A stretch of DNA of 63,203 nt, counting the filler, from Candidatus Fermentibacterota bacterium (GTDB lineage Bacteria > JAFGKV01): the NCBI GenBank assembly GCA_016928395.1. It is 6 parts of 6 records of this genome, joined end to end, with 100 filler letters (N's around TTAATTAATTAA, not from the genome) between each part and the next. Parts side by side here need not be neighbours in the genome. Positions count along the whole stretch, not along the records: positions 55,040 to 60,295 come from JAFGKV010000117.1; positions 60,396 to 63,203 come from JAFGKV010000120.1; 4 more parts are not named here. One strand, 5' to 3'. The translations under genes and the position numbers were made by a program. Below are positions 57,357 through 63,203 of the stretch, piece by piece. The notes under the pieces are model-generated. The model ran no database searches. It was given only the letters and a program-made list of their open reading frames with translations, and had not been told where the DNA came from. Position 1 is the first letter of the stretch, and each line of letters begins with the position of its first letter.

Positions 57357-58976
57357 ATGAAACCTATGATGCTCAACGTGATCAGTTCTGCCATCATCCT
57401 GGCAGGCAATGGAACGGTGATGGCCTCAGACAGCGTGCGGCTCGTGGCGACTCTGCAAGGGGAGATGCCGGGCGACCACCTCGGCGGCTCCATGGCGGGA
57501 GTCGGTGATGTAGATGGAGACGGTCTGGCCGACTTCCTGGTTGGCGACTCCCGTGATGGCTGGCATCCCGGGGAGCGAAGGTGCCACCTCTTCTTCGGGA
57601 AGCCGCATCTATCCAGTGTGCCGGATGTGGTATTGGAGCAGCCCGAGGTGTACAGCTATGAGGGGAGGATCTATGATGACATGTTCGGCGCCGTTGTAGA
57701 CGGCGGGAAAGACATCAATGGAGACGGGCTTGACGACTTTGTCATCACCAGTCCGGAGTGGTTCTGGGCCACCGGTAAGGTATACCTGTACCATGGAGGA
57801 TCCTTTCCTCCGGACGAGTGTCCTGCCATCGGCATCGCGGGCTTCGGCAGCTCATGGATGACGCTGTTCTGGGCAACCCAACTCCGTGGGGTTCTCGTCG
57901 CGGACGTGAACATGGACGGCTACGGTGAACTCGCGTGTCTCGTGGGTGAGGCTACCCGTGATGTGGGGGCATATGTCTACTTCGGGGGCGCACCCATGGA
58001 CAGCGTGCACGACCTTGGGCTGCAGGGGGAGCCCGATTTCAGCGTCATTTTGGGGGCCTCCCTGGCCTCAGGTGATCTCAACGGAGACGACTACGATGAC
58101 ATCGTCGTCGGCGCCTACGCGAACTTCCCGCACTCCGACGATGCAGCGTGGGTATTCTGGGGTGGGCCAGATCCTGCGTGCTCTCCTGGCCTCCGCCTCA
58201 AGGGGGGTCATGACTGCGACATATTCTATCGGGTCTGCATTCCCGGCGACATGAATGGTGACGGGTATGATGATTTGGTCGTTGGCGACTCGGGTGGCCA
58301 TCCGCCTTGGTATCGCATCTACCTCGGCGGGGAGCCTATGGACAGTGTTCCGGCGGTGGTATGGAGGGGGCAAGTGACTGGAACGGTCTCGCTGGCGGGG
58401 GGCGACCTCAACAACGATGGATTTGCCGATCTGATAGCCGTCGAAGAGTCTCACCCTGGGGGTACATGCGTCGCGACAGTACTCGTGTTCTTCGGCGGCA
58501 CGGCCCTCGACTCGATTCCAGATGTCACCTATGAAGTCACCTTTCTCGCGGAGGACTCGGGCGACTTGGGGCTGGTCTGGATCGGTGACGCCACCGGAGA
58601 CGGCTATGCCGAGTTTGCCCTTGCGAATCCTGGATTCGGGGGATGGGCAAGACCCCGAGGCGAGATCTACATCTACACCATGGGGCCGGTGTCGGCCGTG
58701 CCGTCTGAGGTGGCACGGGCGCTGACAGTGCGGATAGCCCCTAATCCCGCTGCAGGCCAGGCCGTGGTGTCGTTTTCGGTCTCGAGATCCGAGCGGATTC
58801 GCCTTGGGGCCTATGACCCAGGCGGCAGGCGGGCGGGGCTGCTGTGCGACGGCCTGTTCACGAAGGGGTCCCATTCGATCCACTGGGACACGCGCGGTTT
58901 GTCTTCAGGGGTCTATCTGATCCGGCTGGAGACGGAGACGGGAACGGATTCGCGACGAGTCGTGGTGGGGAGGTAG
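57357..58976 (+). CDS. FG-GAP (integrin-alpha-like beta-propeller) repeat protein with C-terminal sorting-like domain
   Basis: Seven DxxGDG..D/E-type repeats (GDVDGDGLADFLVG, DINGDGLDDF, GDLNGDDYDDIVVGA ...); APNP...GVYLIRL tail. Confidence 0.92.
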   Translation: MKPMMLNVISSAIILAGNGTVMASDSVRLVATLQGEMPGDHLGGSMAGVGDVDGDGLADFLVGDSRDGWHPGERRCHLFFGKPHLSSVPDVVLEQPEVYSYEGRIYDDMFGAVVDGGKDINGDGLDDFVITSPEWFWATGKVYLYHGGSFPPDECPAIGIAGFGSSWMTLFWATQLRGVLVADVNMDGYGELACLVGEATRDVGAYVYFGGAPMDSVHDLGLQGEPDFSVILGASLASGDLNGDDYDDIVVGAYANFPHSDDAAWVFWGGPDPACSPGLRLKGGHDCDIFYRVCIPGDMNGDGYDDLVVGDSGGHPPWYRIYLGGEPMDSVPAVVWRGQVTGTVSLAGGDLNNDGFADLIAVEESHPGGTCVATVLVFFGGTALDSIPDVTYEVTFLAEDSGDLGLVWIGDATGDGYAEFALANPGFGGWARPRGEIYIYTMGPVSAVPSEVARALTVRIAPNPAAGQAVVSFSVSRSERIRLGAYDPGGRRAGLLCDGLFTKGSHSIHWDTRGLSSGVYLIRLETETGTDSRRVVVGR

Positions 58977-59597
58977 GAGGGAATCAGAGGGACCATCGAA
59001 AATCCACCTTCGAAAGGGTGAAGGTGAACCGGCACGGGTCCCTCCCCCACCGCGCCCGCCTTCACCCCATCTCGGGGGGTCCCGCCCCTGCCCCGGCGAG
59101 CTGGTGCGCTGCCCCCCTCAGGTATCCCATGCTCCGGGCGAGAACCCGGGGAGCCCCTGTATCGAAAGGCCTATCCCGGGAGATACAGAGCTTCGGACCA
59201 TGCCGCTGCGATGTGAGAGAGGTCACAGGGGCATACGGGTTGCAGGGGTGCGAGACTCGCGAGGTGCCGCTGCATGGAGGATCTCCACCACCGGGGGCTG
59301 CAAACCGCGGCAAGATGCTTCCGAGCCCGGCGCGGAGCGGAGCGGCGCCACCCCCTTCTGAGGGAGACCGTGTGGTCGTTGACCCTGCACGCACTCGTGC
59401 CCCCTCCCGCCCACTCACCCAGTCATCCAATCCTCCATCATTCACTGGAGCGGAGAGGGGTGAGAGATGCAGGCTACTCCGGTGATCCCGACGCACCTTG
59501 CTTCCCCGACCGGGAGGCCTATGTTCCCCGGTGCCGTGTGTGTTCACCCATGGCTCTTTGCCGTGGGTGCGAGTTCCATTTGTTCCTGGAGGTTTCC

Positions 59598-60295
59598 ATG
59601 CGAAGAATGACTCGTTGCGTGATGTCCCATTCGGGATGGCTTGGCCGTCTGGCTCTACTTCTGGCGGCCACCGCGGCCTCGCAGCCCCCACACTCCGCCA
59701 CCATCGTGGTCAAGGAGGGAGATCCGGCAGCAAGCTCCACGGTGAGCTCCCTCAACGCGCCCTTTACTAACGGTAATGGCATCGTCGGCTTCACCGGATC
59801 CTTGGCCGTCGGCGGTAACTTCGTCTGGTATGACGACGCCGTACTGTGGCTCAATACCGACGCCTTACCTGGGGACACCTTGACTGGTGCGGAAGGGACC
59901 ATGGGCATCGGCGACAATGCCGAGTTCATCTACAGCCCATCGATCAGCGGCGACGATGCGGTGTGGTCGCACAATGGCCTGCTCCTCAAAGAAGGCATGC
60001 AGGCCCCAGGGTACGATCCCGGTGTGACCAATACGTTCAACAGCCGACCGACCATGCTGCCCGGCGGCACGGCGTGCTGGGTTGCCGGCATGAATGCCAG
60101 CGGCGGCACCAGCACCGAAGGCCGAGTCTTCTATGTCGCTCCGGGTGCCAACCCGGCGCAGATCACCCCGGTAATCAAGTCAGGCGACATGGTCGGCGGC
60201 TACCCCATCGCCAGCCCGTCCGGCGTCGCATTCGGCTACTGGGTCTCCGACAATGGCCTTCATCACATTCACATCCTCGACCTAAATACAGGATC
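59598..60295 (+). CDS. Secreted beta-repeat protein (NxxGxxxF-type repeats), 3' truncated
   Basis: Signal-like N-terminus; VVKEGDPA, LLKEGMQAPG, VIKSGDMV repeats with NGNGIVGF; GGAGG RBS. Confidence 0.6.
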
Positions 60296-60395
60296 NNNNN
60301 NNNNNNNNNNNNNNNNNNNNNNNNNNNNNNNNNNNNNNNTTAATTAATTAANNNNNNNNNNNNNNNNNNNNNNNNNNNNNNNNNNNNNNNNNNNN
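60296..60395. other. Artificial contig linker
   Basis: N44-TTAATTAATTAA-N44. Confidence 0.98.
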
Positions 60396-61775
60396 CAGGA
60401 ATCCGGCGGAGTTCAGCCGCCTCCTGGGTCGCCGACACCCCCGGAGCGTCCGAGACCGGCTCCAGGTCCGACCATTCCTCCACAAGAGCCATCGCCTCCT
60501 CGTGAAGGGCGTTCGAGTCCTCCTGCGGCGCTGGCTCCGAAGGCGCCGCCCCCGAAACCCGTTGCCAAGCCACCGGCCTCACCAGCCAAGCCCCAGCCTC
60601 GTCCAGAGGCAAAGGCTCCGGAGCCTCCAAGCGCGAAGCCTCCCCCGCCTCCTGCGATTCCCCCGAAGCAGAAGGCGAAGCCGACTTCTCCTGCCAAGCC
60701 GGAGATAGCCCGGGCCGCAGCACCACCCAAGCGGTCACCCGTTCCATTGATCATCGGAGCGGTTCTGGTGGTCGTGGCCATTGGCGTGGGGATTGCCATC
60801 ATGTTGTCAGGCCAGAAGGCTGAACAGGCTCAGGAGCTTGAACAGGCTTTTGTGGATTCCGTCAAGGTCGCCGAGCGGGCACAGGCTGCGGTGGATTCGG
60901 TACGACTTGCCGCAGCGCAAAACGCAGCGGCAGCGGTTCAAACGTTGAGAGACAGGTTCTCGCAAGCAGATCTGCTGCAGGCCGGGAAACGTGCAAAGGC
61001 CGACTATGATCGTGCGAATGAGTACCTCGAGGAGGCCGTACGGCTTGCAGCAGCAGGAGACGCCAACGATGCTGAGCGACAGGCACAACTGGGATTGGAG
61101 CGCATCGATAGTGCCATCGATCGTAGCGGCAAGATCCAAGAGCGCGAGGAGTTGGCGCAGAAGGACAGAGACCAAGCCTTGGCTCGTCTTAGAACCGAAG
61201 TAGGGGCTCTTCAGGAGAGCCTCAGCGTGTTGCAGACCAACAGAGGACCGGCCTTTGCCGCAGCTCAGATGCAGCAGCTGCAACAGATTGTGGAGAAGGC
61301 GAGCCAGATGGCCGATGCCGGCAATCTCAACGATGCGCAGGATCAGGTCTCGTATGCCTATGACATGACATCCAAGGTTAGGCTCGCCATCGGTGACGGC
61401 CTACGTCAAGAGGAGGAGGCGAAGCGGTTGTTGGAACAGCGGCGAGCCCAGGCGGCCAAGGACTCCATCGAGAGGGCCAAGATTGACAGTACACAGCTCG
61501 CACTACCCCCCACCAGACCCGTTATCACCAAGCAGGTTTCGCCGGTGTATCCTCGTGCGGCCGAAGCGGCTGGAATCTCAGGCACGGTTGAGGTGGAGTT
61601 CGAAGTAGGGATTGATGGTCGCGCGCGCGACTTCAAGGTTGTGAAGTCGCTGGGTGCGGGGTGCGACGAATCCGCCGTTGACGCATTGAAGCAGTGGGAG
61701 TTCAAACCGGCGACCCAGGGCGGGAAGCCGGTTCCGGTGAGAATCAGCTTTCCCATTGTGTTCAAGCGAAGGTAG
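60396..61775 (+). CDS. TonB C-terminal-domain protein (5' truncated): Pro-rich segment, TM helix, helical region, TonB_C
   Basis: Frame open from contig start through a Pro/Lys-rich run into IIGAVLVVVAIGVGIAIML; PVYPRAAEAAGISGTVEVEFEVGIDG...WEFKPA.QGGKPV. Confidence 0.85.
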   Translation, partial: QESGGVQPPPGSPTPPERPRPAPGPTIPPQEPSPPREGRSSPPAALAPKAPPPKPVAKPPASPAKPQPRPEAKAPEPPSAKPPPPPAIPPKQKAKPTSPAKPEIARAAAPPKRSPVPLIIGAVLVVVAIGVGIAIMLSGQKAEQAQELEQAFVDSVKVAERAQAAVDSVRLAAAQNAAAAVQTLRDRFSQADLLQAGKRAKADYDRANEYLEEAVRLAAAGDANDAERQAQLGLERIDSAIDRSGKIQEREELAQKDRDQALARLRTEVGALQESLSVLQTNRGPAFAAAQMQQLQQIVEKASQMADAGNLNDAQDQVSYAYDMTSKVRLAIGDGLRQEEEAKRLLEQRRAQAAKDSIERAKIDSTQLALPPTRPVITKQVSPVYPRAAEAAGISGTVEVEFEVGIDGRARDFKVVKSLGAGCDESAVDALKQWEFKPATQGGKPVPVRISFPIVFKRR

Positions 61776-61800
61776 GGCATTGGCGACGACATAGGAGACG

Positions 61801-63203
61801 ATGCGAGTGGTCGAGGTGCTGAGGGAACGACTGGGAGATGTGCTCGTCCGTGAGAGTATGATCACGGAGGAGCAACTGCGGGAGGCTTTGCAGTATCAGA
61901 GAAAGAAGGGCGCCACTCTCCCGCAGGCTCTGGTAGAACTCGGGTTTGTGACCGAAGAGGACATTGTGGTCTCACTGGGCGAACAGCTCGGTGTTCCCCA
62001 CATAAAGCTGAAGTCCTACAGCATCGACACGACCATCATACAGCTTGTACCCGAGAGTACGGCCCGCCAGTATCACTTGATTCCGCTCTCCAAGGTCGGA
62101 AACACGTTGACCGTGGTGATGAGTGATCCTCTCAACATATTCGCCATCGATGACCTGAAATTCCTCACCGGGTGTGACATCGAGGCGATTGTGAGCACAG
62201 AGAGCGATATCGCCTCGGCCATCGAGAAATACTATGGTACAGGGACCGCCGCCATTGCGGGCTTGGTGGGCGAGGTTGAAGAAGAACGACTGGAAATGGT
62301 TAGGATCGACGCCGACGAGGCCGATGAGATCAAACGTCTGCAGAACGAGGCAAATGACGCGCCCCTGGTTCGCCTCGTGGAGACCTTGCTCGTGAATGCG
62401 GTCAAGGAGCATGCGTCCGATATCCACGTGGAACCTGAGGAAAACCGCGTCGTTGTTCGCTACCGCATTGACGGGAGGCTTCGGGAAGTCGCCAGTCCAC
62501 CGAAGACCATACACGCGGCCATCGTGTCCCGTATCAAGGTGATGTCCAAGCTTGATATTGCAGAACGCCGTTTGCCTCAAGACGGGAGAACCCGTGTTCG
62601 CTTCCAGGGTCGCGAAATCGACTTCCGTGTCTCGACGCTCCCGTTACAACATGGTGAGAAGGTTGTCCTGCGTGTGCTTGACAAGTCGGCAGTGGTCAGC
62701 AGTCTCGACAAGCTTGGTTTCGACAGCGACAGCCTTGAGAAGTTCAAGTTCGCGCTCACCCGGCCGCATGGCATCGTCCTCCTGACGGGTCCCACTGGAA
62801 GTGGGAAGACCACGACGCTGTACGCGGCACTGATGCATGTTGCGAGTCGGGAGAAGAATGTGATTACCGTCGAAGATCCTGTGGAGTACGAGCTTCCCGG
62901 CATCAACCAGGTGCAGGTCAAGGCAGATATCGGGCTCACCTTCTCTGCCGGTCTGAGGAGCATTCTCCGGCAGGATCCGGATATCATCATGCTTGGAGAA
63001 ATGCGTGACACCGAGACGGCGGAGATCGCGGTCAAGGCTGCGTTGACTGGCCACCTCGTGCTCTCGACGCTTCACACCAATGATGCCCCCAGCGCCGTTA
63101 CGCGAATGGTGGATATGGGCATCGAGCCTTTTCTTGTGGCTTCATCCACGGTGCTCGTTGCCGCACAACGGTTGGTTCGCCGTATCTGCTCCCGGTGCGC
63201 CGA
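61801..63203 (+). CDS. pilB: Type IV pilus/T2SS assembly ATPase PilB/GspE (3' truncated; absent from ORF track)
   Basis: My translation: MRVVEVLRERLGDVLV... MshEN-like N-terminus; ASDIHVEP, LDIAERRLPQDGR, GPTGSGKTTTLY, TVEDPVEY, LRQDPDIIMLGEMRD, TGHLVLSTLHTN; AGGAG RBS. Confidence 0.92.
   Translation, partial: MRVVEVLRERLGDVLVRESMITEEQLREALQYQRKKGATLPQALVELGFVTEEDIVVSLGEQLGVPHIKLKSYSIDTTIIQLVPESTARQYHLIPLSKVGNTLTVVMSDPLNIFAIDDLKFLTGCDIEAIVSTESDIASAIEKYYGTGTAAIAGLVGEVEEERLEMVRIDADEADEIKRLQNEANDAPLVRLVETLLVNAVKEHASDIHVEPEENRVVVRYRIDGRLREVASPPKTIHAAIVSRIKVMSKLDIAERRLPQDGRTRVRFQGREIDFRVSTLPLQHGEKVVLRVLDKSAVVSSLDKLGFDSDSLEKFKFALTRPHGIVLLTGPTGSGKTTTLYAALMHVASREKNVITVEDPVEYELPGINQVQVKADIGLTFSAGLRSILRQDPDIIMLGEMRDTETAEIAVKAALTGHLVLSTLHTNDAPSAVTRMVDMGIEPFLVASSTVLVAAQRLVRRICSRCA

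Noticed and set aside
58998-59010. 13-bp match GAAAATCCACCTT to the AAA-DUF4143 promoter (19438-19450)
   Set aside because: Too short to exclude chance; no similar gene nearby

Overview
GC-rich bacterial sequence made of six contigs joined by artificial 100-bp linkers (N44-TTAATTAATTAA-N44), so gene order across linkers is not evidence of adjacency. PorV plus many secreted proteins with FlgD-Ig/T9SS-like tails suggest an FCB-related uncultured lineage (inference). Contig 1: recD2, pfkA, a degenerate GGDEF-AAA protein, a B12 radical SAM enzyme, a secreted S8/S53-like protease and an isolated tRNA 3'-end att site. Contig 2: a defence-island-like block with three toxin-antitoxin pairs, a DUF6978/DUF1828-like pair, DUF5131, immA/tcmP relics and an AAA-DUF4143 nuclease. 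Contig 3: a tightly coupled yahEFG-like + cyclase + molybdenum hydroxylase + CoA-transferase + amidase catabolic cluster, an ABC exporter with a double aspartyl protease, and a receiver-DnaA-AAA+ fusion lacking the DNA-binding domain and arginine finger. Contig 4: a SusD-less TonB-receptor/giant protein/PorV/CBM-like locus, a deoxyhypusine-synthase-like gene and an aminotransferase. Contigs 5-6: C25 protease, FG-GAP protein, an atypical TonB protein and pilB. Best novelty candidates: the yahEFG-Mo-hydroxylase pathway, the REC-DnaA fusion, the SusD-less uptake locus and the DUF6978-DUF1828 pair. All family calls are by motif recognition from memory; no searches were run.
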